Source: Octopus sinensis
Lineage: Eukaryota
DNA: 64,000 nucleotides
NCBI RefSeq assembly: GCF_006345805.1
Contig: NC_042998.1
Location: 198,834,001-198,898,000, forward strand
Reading direction: 5' to 3'
A program made the position numbers and the translations under genes. The notes beneath the pieces were generated by a model, which ran no database searches, was not told the DNA's origin, and was given only the letters and a program-made list of their open reading frames with translations. How positions within the stretch are numbered: the stretch's first letter is position 1; every line of letters begins with the position of its first letter. Of the stretch, positions 26,126 to 39,345 are shown one piece after another.

Positions 26126-26930
26126 GGCGGCGAGCTGGCAGAATTGTTAGCACGTCGGACGAAATACTTAGCGGTATTTCGTCTGCCGCTACGTTCTGAG
26201 TTCAAATTCCGCCGAGGTCGACTTTGCCTAATCGACTTAATCCGTTTGTCTGTCCTTGTTTTTCCCCTCTGTGTTTAGCCTTTGCGTGTAGTAAAGAAAT
26301 CATTATTCTTAAGGGTGGTGGATTAGCAGAATTGTTAGAGTGCCGGTGTTGCTGGTATTTCTTTTTGTTCTTTACATTCTGAGTTCAAATTCCACCAAAG
26401 ACACCTTTGACTTTCATCCTTCCAGGGTTGATAAAACAGAGTATCAGCCAAGTACTGGAGTTGTTGGTATCGGCTAACCACCACCTCTGGCTATGTACCT
26501 AAAATAGATTCAGTTGTTGCTGTTGTTGTTGTTGTTGTTGTTGTCAGGGTGGGCGAGCTGGTAGAAACGTTAGCACGTCGGACGAAATGCTTAGCAGTAT
26601 TTCGTCTGCTGTTACGTTCTGAGCTCAAATTCAGCCCAGGTCGACTTGGCCTTTCATCCTTTCGGGGTCGATTAAATAAGTACCAGTTACGCGCTCTAGG
26701 GTCGATGTAATCGACTTAATCCGTTTGTCTGTCCTTGTTTGTCCTCTCTGTGTGTAGCCCCTTGTGGGTAGTAAAGAAATAATGTATTTCGTTAGTCACT
26801 ACGTTCTGAGTTCAAATTCCGCCGAGGTTGACTTCGCCTTTCATCCTTTCGGGATCGATGAGTTAAGCACCAGTGAAAAATTGGGGTCGATGTAATCAAC
26901 TAGTACCCTGCCACCAAATTTCAGACCTTT
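25850..26930 (+). mobile_element. Cluster of SINE family B copies (25850-26030, 26124-26300, 26310-26510, dimer 26546-26930) around (TTA)n/(GTT)n
   Basis: Repeated GAGTTCAAATTC...GCCTTTCATCCTTTCGGGGTCGAT motif. Confidence 0.85.
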
Positions 26931-27299
26931 AGTAAAAATGATCATTATTATTGTTGCTGTCGTTGTAATTTGAGGTTTCTTGAAGTCTTAGCTTGAAATT
27001 TCTGAATATTTTAATATTAAAAAAAAAAAAAAGTTTTGGAGAAGAGTTTCCAGAATAAGAAAAAACATTCTTAAACGCATCAAAAAAACAATTAGTAATC
27101 GAGATTTGATTAGCTGTCAAACAATGTTCGGATCGACACAATCATCACATGCAAAAACCACGTTTTAGAGTCATCTACCACGTGATTTTTATTTTACAAA
27201 TAAAAGCGTGTTATATTTTTATACCACTAGAAACATATTTAGAAGAAAAAAAAAAGACTAAAGACTCAAGGAAGATTCTTTTAATCTTCTTTTTCTATT

Positions 27300-27505
27300 T
27301 ATTATTCGTTTGCCATTTGACTGCGGCCATGCTGGAGCACCGCATTTAGTCGAACAAATAAATCAACCACAGGATTTATTCTTTGCAAGCCTAGTACTTA
27401 TTCTATCAGTCGCTTTTACCGAACTGCTAAGTTACGGGGACGTAAGCACACCAACATCGGTTGTCATGCAATAGTGTGGGAGGGACAAACACAGACACAC
27501 AAACA

Positions 27506-27544
<39 letters not shown>

Positions 27545-27671
27545 ATATTTCGGAATGGTCATATTGCCAGTTTAGCCAATATCTGTTTCAACACACGACT
27601 TCACATAAAAAATTTTGCACAACAAATATTTAAACGTATATATATATATATATATAATATATATATATTAT

Positions 27672-27703
<32 letters not shown>

Positions 27704-28335
27704 GGTGTCAAAGTAGAGGAGTTTAACACCTCTAAGGGATAATTAAATCCAGAGTCACTCCTGGTTATTACCTGGGTAGGTACAGTCTTTTGTAAGATTG
27801 CACGGTAACAAGAGGTTCGGTTGGTAAAACGGAGTTTAGATTATATAAGAGAAGAAAATGGATATAATAACAATGGGAAACTCGTGGTTTACGCTGGTAT
27901 GTCTTTAATTAAATAGGTAACAAAGAAGGAAGAAGTAGAGATGAGGATAGCATTTACGATCGTTTCGATTTACTGGTTTAAGTAAATCTCTTCAGAATGC
28001 GAGTATAGATAGATGCATCGGTTAGAATGTGAAAATGATTGATACATATGAGATGGAAATGTAAAAAAAACTGGTAATTCTTATGCCACCCACATCTCTG
28101 CTTCTTACTTCTTTGTTACCTATTTAATTAAAGACATACCAGCGTAAACCATGAGTTTCCCATGGTTATTATATCCATTTTCTTCACTTACATATATATA
28201 TATATATAATATATATACGACTGGTTTCTTTCAGTTTCCACCTACCAAATCCACTCACAAGGCTTTGGTCGGCCCGAAACTATAGTAGAAGACACTTGCC
28301 CAAGGTGCCACGCAGTGGGACTGAACCCGGAACCA
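27300..28335 (-). mobile_element. SINE family A split by insertions into its internal (TA)n
   Basis: Tail half at 27300-27505, head half at 28217-28335. Confidence 0.85.
27950..28000 (-). ncRNA. Minimal type I hammerhead ribozyme, full consensus
   Basis: Minus strand: gcatt-CTGAAGA-GATTTACT-taaacc-AGTAAATC-GAAAC-GATC-GTA-aatgc. Confidence 0.88.
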
Positions 28336-28869
28336 CTTTTTAATGCACTTTTAGTGTTGGTGAGTAAATGGATGTTTGTTTCTTTCCAATACGTGATGAT
28401 CTTTGATGGTATTGAAAATCTATTTAGAGGAAAATACTTTATATATTTCGACGGATGTGTCTGAAAGAATTCACGAATTCCAATATTTTACTCAATATTG
28501 CAAAAGGCCGTGATAGGAAGCAAAGATCACATTTTCTGAAGACATTAATGTCGTAGGTAGATTAACACGTCAATATCATTCCTTAAGTTTTAGATATAAT
28601 TTGGATAGTGTTCTGGTGTGCGTGTTTGTACTGGCTATGGAAAGGACGAAGTTTTTGGTGCATCTATAGTTCAATTTAATGCTTCCTGTTTACAAAAAAT
28701 ACCCGTTAAAATATCATGGTTTATTTTGAAAACAATAAGATGTATAGAAATTTATAGACACCCTTCAAACATGTGTATTTAGTTGTACGTGAGGTTGTGT
28801 TTGTAGCGGCGTTCCCTTGCATCTACTCTCACGTATACCCTTCTCCGTCTGTAAGCACACTCCCCCCGC

Positions 28870-28936
<67 letters not shown>

Positions 28937-29705
28937 CATCTCTTCCGGAAACTTTGCATTCAATCACTTGACATAATAGCTATCTCTGTCTCCTGTTAGC
29001 AGAACTGCAACCCTCTTTGCTAAGCTCCCTCTCTCTCTCTCCCTCCATCTGTTTGACTTTCCCTTTAATTAACCCCTTGACAACGTACACTAGCACATTA
29101 ATATTATTGGAAATCGACAACGTGAAATCCTTATCAACTAATCACGGTGCTTCAGATTAAAATGTTGAGGAATTATTGTATTTGTTGAGCAATATTTACT
29201 TCGCTTGCAAAACGCACACAAACACGCACAGAATAGATACAGAAGTAATCTTTGCAGAACGAGCACAATTCTTTTATTTTTAATTTTTACCGATACAGTT
29301 ACACTTGGGTTTCTACATTTCTGCACTATCGAGCGCATCGTACAAGATGCTTAGCAGTATTTGAACTAAGCTCTTTATCTTCTGAATTCAAATGTCACTA
29401 ACATGACATTTGAATTGAGTACCAGTTGAATACTGGGGTGTGGGGGCGATGTAATCGACTAACTCCCTCCCCTCCAATTTCAAACCTTGTGCCTATAGTA
29501 GAAAGCACCATGTGCTACACTTTGAAACTATTACTATTTTTTTCTTGATATTTGCTATATTTGTAGATTGTCCACCAGGAGCCCAATCTGGTCGTGTATG
29601 TTTTTATACTCGTTCGCAGTCACTAAAGAACGTCCAGAGACAAGGTGGTCGACCATTTCTGAGTATGGTATAACCTACACTTTGAACCTGTTCTATTTCT
29701 AGGTA

Positions 29706-30098
29706 TACTCTTTTACTCTTTTACTTGTTTCAGTCATTTGACTGCGGCCATGCTGGAGCACCGCCTTTAGTCGAGCAAATCGACTCCGGGACTTATTCTT
29801 TGTACTTATTCTATCGGTCTTTTTGCCGAACCGCTAAGTGTCGGGGACGTAAACACACCAGCATCGGTTGTCAAGCAATGCTAGGGGGACAAACACAGAC
29901 ACACAAACACATACACACACACATATATATATATATACATATATACGACAGGCTTCTTTCAGTTTCCGTCTACCAAATCCACTCACAAGGTATTAGTCGG
30001 TCCGGGGCTATAGCAGAAGACACTTGCCCAAGATGCCACGCAGTGGGACTGAACCCTGAACCATGTGGTTGGTTAGCAAGCTACTTACCACACAACCA
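29706..30098 (-). mobile_element. SINE family A
   Basis: Family motifs. Confidence 0.9.
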
Positions 30099-30506
30099 CT
30101 TTGTAATTGCGAATTGCTAAAGATTGGTGTTGAACTGCGACAATAAACCCTTCAATAGTTGCTTTTAACCGAGCACTCCATAGACATTAATGGGTAATAA
30201 ATTTATCAACAACAGCTTCGTTGGTCCGTGCTGGTCATTGGTTATGTAAGGATTTATCTCACCAGCGTTGTTTTGCTTGTTCAAAAACCTTCCGTTTTGC
30301 TTTTCTTTCGATTAGTTATGCAGCTTGGCATCGTGAGGTTCCTCTAGTTTGGATGTCTATATTATTTAAATTGAGATAGTTTTTAAGCTCTATAGCCTCT
30401 TCTGTAATAGAGTACTTTGACGTTTTAATTTTATAATTTTTTATTTACCAAGACCATCGTCCAGTCAGCTGGTATACATGGTATACTTCAAGACCGATCG
30501 TAATTT

Positions 30507-30922
30507 ATTTTTATTTCTTTACTGCCCACAAGAGGCTACACACAGAGGACAAACAAGGACAGGCAAACGGAATAAGTCGATTACATCGACCCTAGTGCGT
30601 AACTGGTATTTATTTAATCGACCCCGAAATGATGAAAGGCAAAGTCGACCTCGGCGGAATTTGAACTCAGAACGTAGCGGCAGGCGAAAAACCTATTTCT
30701 CTACTACCCACAAGGGGCTAAACATAGAGGGGGCAAACAGGGACAGTCAAACGGATTAAGTCGATTACATCAACCCCAGTGCGTAAATGGTACTTAATTT
30801 ATCGACCCCGAAAGGATGAAAGGTAAAGTCGACCTCGGCGGAATTTGAACTCAGAACGCAAGCGGCGGACGAAATACCGCTCAGCATTTCGCCCGTCGTC
30901 CTAACGTTTCTGCCAGCTCGCC
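30507..30922 (-). mobile_element. SINE family B dimer
   Basis: Two bodies plus a head; degenerate TSD CCGATC(G/A)TAATT. Confidence 0.88.
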
Positions 30923-31237
30923 GATCATAATTATCTTAAAGAACATTTCAAGTGAAACGATCCCTTTGCCGCCTGCATTAATTAGTAGGGAGCTATAGAC
31001 ATCTAATATCAGCTTTAGGATAGCGCATGTTATGTGATGTGAGATGTCTTCTGGTGTTCACATCCATCCTTTTGATGTCTTGGAGATTCCAATTAATTAT
31101 GTTGAAGTTGTGTGGAACAACTGGTATCGCTAGACTATTCATTGCCTTAAATCAGTTTGGTGAGTTAAGTCCGTATTAAAGATAAGCCTTATTTTTCTGT
31201 ACTCACTTTTAATCTCTTCTTTCATTTGAAAGAAGAG

Positions 31238-31514
31238 ATTAAATAACAGTGACAAACGAAATATGCATCGCCGATAGTTGTTGTTGACAAACAACGGCAG
31301 TAATTTTATTCAGCTGAACACACGTCATTGATTGGTTGAAATTACCAAAATACGAGAACTTTAACACGAAATAACTTTGAAAATAGAAACTTTTCTCAAC
31401 AACACTAAGAGTAAAAGATGTTTTATGTGACACATTCTACCAGTGTCCGAAGTTTAAAAGTGTTTAGTTACAAAAAATTAATTTCTCGATCTGCAGTTGA
31501 AAGGGAAAAGATCC
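31238..31514 (-). mobile_element. Older relative of the GGATC-TIR MITE at 50431
   Basis: Shares CATTGATTGGTTGAAATT, ACATTCTACCAGT..CGAAGTTTA and the terminal GAAAAGATCC. Confidence 0.65.
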
Positions 31515-33396
31515 TATATGCCTGGATAATCCAAAAGTGAGGTACACTTTTGAAGGCCTTTCAATAATCTATCCATACAGTGCTTAGATTTCATTTCCTG
31601 TCATGACATATTTTCAAGTATCATTTTGTTTGATAGTTGCAGTGGTATGAACCTCTTTTACAGCCTTTTTCTTCAAAAGGAAATATATTATTTTGTAGAA
31701 ATGTATATATCTGTTCTCTTATGATGGACATAAGCAATTTATATAAAGTGAATAGGGAAGTGATAAGCCTATAATTCTTTGAGATATGGGTCTCGTCTGA
31801 ATTCAGAAGAAGAAAAGACTTCAACTGGAAACTTTGTTCGCTATGTAAAGTTTAATGTCTGTTTATAATATTTGTATATTTATAAATCACTATATATTAT
31901 CTTATCAAATTGGTATCTGATGCGCAAATCTAATTTGTTGTAAAGAGCAGATGTGTGGTGATTTGATGAATATTGTTTCACCATATTTTAGTGAAGGGTT
32001 ACTACAAAACGCCAGATGGACGCTGGTAAGCTAATTAGGCTGCGTCTCATTTTGTAGATACACAATCTTCAACGATGCCCCAAAGATTCGAGATGTTATG
32101 GTACCCAGCATCAAGCAGTAGTATCTGTATCAGTGTTTAGAAAGCGAATCGATTATTATAAAACTGTAATATGTTGCCATTTCTTGATTTTGATAAATTA
32201 TAGAAATCTACTGTTAGATTTTCCGTGAGGTACAAGAAAGTGGCAGAATAAAATGATGTAAATGTATTTCTCTGAAGGATAGTAATCCAATTAAAGCCGT
32301 ATTACTACATTTGGTAAACAAAATGGATCTCGAAAATAACTCACTGATAACTAATTCTGGATAAAATATCGAGTTCTAAGTTTGGCACAAAGTTACCCGT
32401 TTATAAGGTAGGCGATATGACCAACTCCATTTGAAATAAGGGCATATCCTTGTTTTTAGCGAATCCGGTGTGATGAAAATCAAAATCAGTCCCACAGATA
32501 ATGGAACTATAAAGAATCCTAATATCACACAAAGTTACCATATCTGATGCGGCCTGGGCAAACTATTTAACTTACGTGGTGAACTCATTAGCGTTCGGAG
32601 TTATACAGTATTCGCCATGCTTGTATAAACCATACAATTGTGTGAACACAGAACAGAATTATACAATCGAGGTTACAAAAACAGCACTGGATTTAAATTT
32701 CTAACTTGATACATGCTCTTTTTTTTTAATTATTTATTCCGAGTAGGAGTGCAATATTCATGAGTATTGCGATCTTTCTTAGATTGATGAGAGTAACAGT
32801 AGCTTGAACTTCTAGCTGACGTTAAAAGATTACGTGTGCAGAGAGTGGGTGTCAGACGATAAGGCATCCAGCGAAGTATTTAACGTGAGGAATTATACGT
32901 GGAGGTTGAATCAAATGAGCGAATTGTTATGTTACAATATAACATTTACTTACTTCTTGATAGCCTTAGTTTCATACCTACACAAAAAAAACTCCATTAT
33001 TATCTCATATTTTGAATCATGAACTCAGTTATGTATGACTGACAAAAGAGAGTTGGGGATGATTTTTAAATATTCTCAGCAGACAAAAGAAAAATAAAAC
33101 TCCCTCTTTAACATTACAGTCAGATGGTGAAATGGGTTGCAATATAAGTAAATAAGATAGCGACAACCTCAGTTGATAATCATGAACAAGAAAATCAAAT
33201 TCACGAATGATTAACGACCATATATTAACCTAGCAAAACGAATATGTCAAAAGCCCAAGTTTGCCGACATACATGTATCACCTGTCAGCAGAAGTATATA
33301 TTAAGACCAAAGTGAAGTTTTTCGCTTCTACAACTATTATATATTGGGATTCCTTCACGTTACTCATTTTCTGTGTAACGAGAAGACTTGGGTATA

Positions 33397-33760
33397 TCTT
33401 TATATATAAAAGTCAAGTTGTGTGTCTGTCTCCTACGATTTAGATTCCTAACTACTCCCACATTTTGCGGTGCAGTTTAACCAAAACCGGGTATCTTATA
33501 GTCGTGATTCATAACGAGCCTTTCTGGGTATTAGCGCGCGTCTACGATGAGTGTACGATTTTAAAAAAAATTACCATCATTTTTTTCGATATTATATAAG
33601 GGAAGTAACTCTCTAAAAATGTCTACGATGAGTCAACGATTTGAAAAAAAAGTTTCCATTTTTAATGCATTTTTTTGCTATTTTTTGGCTATAACTCTCT
33701 AAAAATGCTTATATAGTTATTTCCCTTACAAACCCGAGCAACGCCGGGCGATACTGCTAG
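33397..33760 (+). mobile_element. Non-autonomous Helitron
   Basis: A|TCTTTATATATAAAAG ... CCCGAGCAACGCCGGGCGATACTGCTAG|T; highly similar to 9003-9397. Confidence 0.85.
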
Positions 33761-35392
33761 TTCTGATATAAGCTAAAGAGCTTTAACATTTTTGAATGCC
33801 TTTTATTGATATTCATTCGTTTCAGAAGGAGGAACTGGGTGAAGTGGAGAGGAAGGGGATCAGATGGAGAGAAAGACAGAGATCTTGTTCTAGACTCTAT
33901 TCACTGGTAAAAGCATATTTGAGAAAACTAATGAGATTTAATAAGACCGAAGCATAACCGTAACAGTCACTTCGCTTAGTAGCAAAGATCAGTTTTTGCC
34001 CTTAAGCACGAAAATTTTATTTTCTACGGATTTAGATGAGTTCATTATTACCTACCCTGTTCTTAAAGAGTCTTTAAGAATTTTGAGTCAAAAGCGTTTT
34101 AGCATAGAGACTACCCACCTCCTATTTTCAGACACCTAGGACTACATTAACCAGTAGGAACTGATTGGGTATGGGTAGATTAGGATATAATTTGTGTTAG
34201 ATCAAAAGACCATATAGGAGCTCTCCCACTTTAGCCTGAGTATTCTGTAATGTGGATTGGTGTTTCGTAGTATTGTACTTATCTCCTAAAGTAAGTAATT
34301 TCTGGAAAAGGACTAAATCTTTTACGTAGACTTTTCGTTAGACATGACCGTAGAAAACTTCAACTCTCGCAGCCACCGCATCGACATTTAAACTCATCTC
34401 CAAATACTGTAATGTGTATACATCATTCCTTGAATTCTGCTGCATCATGTTACGAACTCTCTCCTTCCTGTTGCTAGAGGTAGAGTATTACTCAAAATGC
34501 GCTCAAAATACGTTATCACAGCTCCACGCTGAAAGCATCATTCTCCCACTCTCATCCCTAAAAGATTAGATTGTTCTTCTAATCTTTTACTGGTCACCAC
34601 GTTCAAAGATTTTCATAAACACCAGCTTCATACTGGTACACATGACAACAAAAACGTTCGGTGTCACTCACATGCGCACATAGACAAGATTTGTTTTTTA
34701 CATATGCTACATAAAAGAAGTATACAAACAGAAATAACTCCAACCTTAATCGCCATCATTAGCTCAAAGCAATACGTTCAGAGGAATGGCAACTCAACCT
34801 GGATCCTCCTGCTACACTTCTGCTGTGGTTACCACCAAAATTTACCGGTATATAAAAATAGACTGGACAGTGAAGAGAGGGTGATACAAGCAGACCGCCA
34901 CACTGTATGATTCATTACTGAATGTCGAAATGTGCATTATTGTCCTTAGCTTGACTGAGACTTGGTATAGCTGGGAACGCGGATCAATGGGTTAAATTTA
35001 GTCCTAGATATAGGAATGTTTGATCAAAATTGACCTGAAGCTGCACAGCCACAACCCACATCTCACTATATAGATGCAATGCCACAGACTTAAATGTAAA
35101 TCTAAATAAGATTGCATGGTGTTTGAGTTTTTGGAATTGTAAGGATCGTCACCTAGACATGAAGCCCTGCTGCAGTGGATTACGTGTGCTTACAGCTTAT
35201 CTCTTACCGAACATTGGACGGTAAAATTAGATGTCAGATTAAAGAGATGCCTTAACCATACTTAACCCAAGAGAAATACATAGGAGCCTCGTGGATCGAG
35301 ATTGAGACAGGCTTTCAACTCTTCCCTAATAGGAATGAATTCCCTTTCTACTGTAAATATATTTTGGGAGGCGTATAAATACATTCCATGAA

Positions 35393-35625
35393 GCCGCCTC
35401 ACTCAGTGGTTAGATTTTCGGGCTCACAGTCAGCTGTAGAAATGGGTTGCGACGTCACTGGTGCCAAGCTGTATCAGCCTCTTTGCCTTACCCTTGGATA
35501 GCACAAGTGGCATGGAGAGGGGAGGCTGGTATGCATGGGTGACGGCTGGTCTTCCATAAACAACCTTGCCCTGATTTGTGCCTCGGAGGGTAACTTTCTA
35601 GGTACAATTCTATGATTATTCATGT
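35393..35625 (+). mobile_element. SINE family D, internally deleted
   Basis: CTCAGTGGTTAGA head; body similar to the reverse complement of 40670-40950. Confidence 0.7.
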
Positions 35626-35982
35626 CTTTACTCTTTTATATTTTGGTAGAAAAATAAACACTACAACACTACAAATATCTACTTTTTGCTTATTATAAAG
35701 GCTTTCTGAGTACAGTATAAAGAATAAACACAAATTGAAAGAATCGTTACAGTTTCAGTATTTAGTTACAATCATTTACGTTGTAATTCCAAATACCACC
35801 TGTAAACTTTGCCTTGAGTTTTCCAAGACGTCAGCTATACCACGTGGTGTAAATGACTATATCTCGCCCATTATCGGCGTGGTGGGACCATTTGAAGAGG
35901 TGACTTTGTGCCACTGTTGGAAATCAATTTTTAATTAAATTCACAACGCTCGTACTTGTAAGTTCAATCCCCAGCATTGGTA

Positions 35983-36032
35983 GACTGACACCTTTCGCAT
36001 GACTGACACCTTTCGCATGACTGACATCTTTC
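35983..36032. repeat. 18-bp tandem repeat, ~2.7 copies (GACTGACACCTTTCGCAT)
   Basis: Direct reading. Confidence 0.9.
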
Positions 36033-36556
36033 TTATTTTAACTCGTATTTTAACAAAATAGCTAATGTATTGAATATTATTTATCGGAGATCAATATCAT
36101 CAATATCATAATTGCGTCTTTCTTATAGAATGTAGAGTGTGTGTGTCTGTTCGTGTGTATGGGGTGGGGAGTTTACTTGTGACTAATGAAGAAAATCGAT
36201 GTAAATAATAAAGGGATAAAAGGTATCATACATGCATATATATATATAAAAGGTATCATATATATATATAAATATTATATAGAGGGCATTATTACACATA
36301 AATGCCACACGCTAGGAGGGACTTTCAAAGTTACTACTACCAAAAATAAACGAATCGTACCGAATGCAGCTCTCGAGGCAAGACATTTAAAAACAGAATT
36401 TAGTTCCAGATCACCTGTGATTTCGCAATTAACGTATATAAATAAATATTTTCAAGTGAAAAAATTTTCAGATTTTTCTCTTATGAGGTTTTTCACGCTA
36501 ACTACCTGATAATTTCTTGTTAGGATTTCTTATTAAGATTTTATCCTTAATTGTTA

Positions 36557-36607
<51 letters not shown>

Positions 36608-36684
36608 ATATGTGTGTATGTATGTATGTGTGTGTATGTGTGTATGTGTGTGTGTGTATACCTACATGCACATACATATACAGA

Positions 36685-37336
36685 GGTGTAGATGTGGGTG
36701 TGTGTTAAGAAGTTTCCTTTCCAACCACATGGTTACGGGTTCAGTTCTACTGCTTACCACCTTCTATAGCCTCGGGCCGACCAAAGCTTTGTGAGTGAAT
36801 TTGGTTGACGGAAACTAAAAGAAGCCCATCGTGTATATATATATACATATATATATACATATACATACATACATACATATATATACATATATATACATAC
36901 ATATATATATATACATATATATATATACACACACACATATATATATACATACATATATATATATATACTTACATACATATATACATACATATATATATAT
37001 ACATACATACATATATATATATATACACACATATATATATACATATATATATATACACATATATACATATATATATATATACATATATACATATATACAT
37101 ATATATACATACATATATATATATACATACATACATATATATATGTATACTTACATACATATAAACATATATATACATATATATACATACATACATATAT
37201 ACATACATACATATATATATACATATATATACATATATATATATACATACATATATACATACATATATACATTCATATATACATACATATGCATATACAT
37301 ACATATACATATACATACATATGCATATACATACAT

Positions 37337-37384
<48 letters not shown>

Positions 37385-37400
37385 GCGCGCACACACACAG
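36685..37400 (+). repeat. SINE A head followed by ~570-bp (TA/CA)n compound microsatellite
   Basis: Direct reading. Confidence 0.9.
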
Positions 37401-37850
37401 ATATATGTATGTATATGTATGAGTGTATGCGTGCGTATCCGAGAGAGAGAGAGAGAAATAAGAGGTAGACTTGAACGTTAAGATAGAAAGAACAGGCGTA
37501 ATGTTTGTTTGTTTGTCCTCCTAAATCTTTTACTGGTCACCGCGTTCAAAGATTTTCATAAACACCGGCTTCACACTGGTACACATGACAACATAAAAGG
37601 CTCGCTCTCACTCACACGCGCACATAGACATAAGATTATGTTTGTTTTTTTACATATACATTCCTCTTTCCCCCCGTTTACCAAATGCCACTCACAATGC
37701 ATTGGGCAACAGTAAAAGACACCTGACCAAGATCTTGCACGGTAGGATGGATTACAGAACCGCATGGTTTTGCAGCAAACTTCGGAGAAAAGACGGATGC
37801 AAGAGAGAGAGAGAGAGAAAGAGATGTATTGAAAGAAAGTGAAGACATAC

Positions 37851-38082
37851 CTTTTGTGTAAACATACGGAGAAGAAATTCCTATTTGTGATTCCGTTAGA
37901 CTAGCTCCGTCGGTCCACGGTCTCCACTGTGACCAGCGTGGGTTCGTGCGCCGGTCTTTGATCTCCACTGTACAGCCGTGCAGCGTGGAGCGTGGGTTCA
38001 GTTGCAGGCACTGGTATAGTTAGTGTTAATACGGTGTTGTAAGAAAGTCCTTCTTCGCTGTCCACGACTGCTTCTTTTATAG
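37851..38082 (-). promoter_or_regulatory. Candidate Pol II TATA promoter and first exon
   Basis: Minus strand CTATAAAAG at 38082-38074; CpG-retaining ~200-nt stretch ending ATG TTT ACA CAA AAG|GTATGT (donor at 37850). Confidence 0.45.
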
Positions 38083-38303
38083 TAGATCGAAAGAGGAGAG
38101 AGAGAGAGAGAGAGAGGGAGAGCAAAGGGAAAGGAGGCGAATAGGTAGGGTAGACTCAAGAGATGGAAGCAGACGAATTAATGGAAAATTGTTTAGGGTC
38201 CCATTGTAATGAGATTGATTTCTTCCCTCACATCAAGAATTAATATAGGTCGGTTATTGTATACTTGACAATCTCCCCTGGTTTTGTATGTATATATACA
38301 AAG

Positions 38304-38344
<41 letters not shown>

Positions 38345-38357
38345 TTGTATGTATGCG

Positions 38358-38388
<31 letters not shown>

Positions 38389-38478
38389 ATATGTGTGTGC
38401 GTGTGCGTGTATATATGTATAAATGTATATTTGTATGTATATATATGTGTGTGTGTCTGTGTGTATGCGTGTGTGTGC

Positions 38479-38516
<38 letters not shown>

Positions 38517-38536
38517 TATATAATATATATATATAT

Positions 38537-38567
<31 letters not shown>

Positions 38568-38592
38568 CTGTGTGTATGCGTGTGTGTGCGTG

Positions 38593-38658
<66 letters not shown>

Positions 38659-39309
38659 GTATATTTGTATGTATATATATGTGTGTGTGTATACTGTATA
38701 TATATATTTGTATGTCTATGTGTATGCGTATATGTGTAGGAGTGTGTGTGTGTCTGTATGTGTGTGAATGTGTGTGAAAAGTGCAGAAGGGCAGCAGATA
38801 AGTAGACAGGCAGGCAGACAGACAGACGGATATTTATAGTATGTGTATGTACTAAAATAATTGTTGCAGGAGGCTATGCATATAAACAAAAGAGCACGTT
38901 GATGTGATTTCTGCAGGTCGTTCTTGTAGGATATCCACCTTGAGTGTCAAGCTGTGTGTGGCTAAGAATACCTGGCTTAACCACACTACAACCCTACCGC
39001 CATCCCGCACTACATACACCCATTAACCTGTCCATCCTACTTACCTGAGCTGCCATCTACCTGGTGTTAACATCGACACATGATATGACGAACAAGAAAA
39101 CTAAGTTAATGTTAGAGTCACCGTGCTGCCACCTAGTTATAGTGCACACCTACATACGTACATATGTTTACCTATGTATGTATGTATGTATGTGAACACA
39201 AACATGTGTATAAAAAAATTATTTATGTACATATGCGTGCATATGTACATATATATATATTACACACACATTCATACTTGCATATATGTAAGTACATACA
39301 CACACACAA

Positions 39310-39345
<36 letters not shown>

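Larger units (their letters stand above)
30100..31830 (-). pseudogene. R4/Dong-like LINE remnants, interrupted by a SINE B dimer and a MITE-like fragment
   Basis: NYRLITSLFTLYKLL...FPFEEKGCKRGSYHC (RT) and KAMNSLAIPVV...YPKADIRCL. Confidence 0.75.

Noticed and set aside
32000-32150. Donor and acceptor-like sites on the + strand
   Set aside because: The implied intron is only ~35 nt and there is no supporting ORF.
36754-37481. YI/HT/VC-rich ORFs here and at 2324-3385, 38265-39586 and 51283-51849
   Set aside because: Dinucleotide repeat translations.
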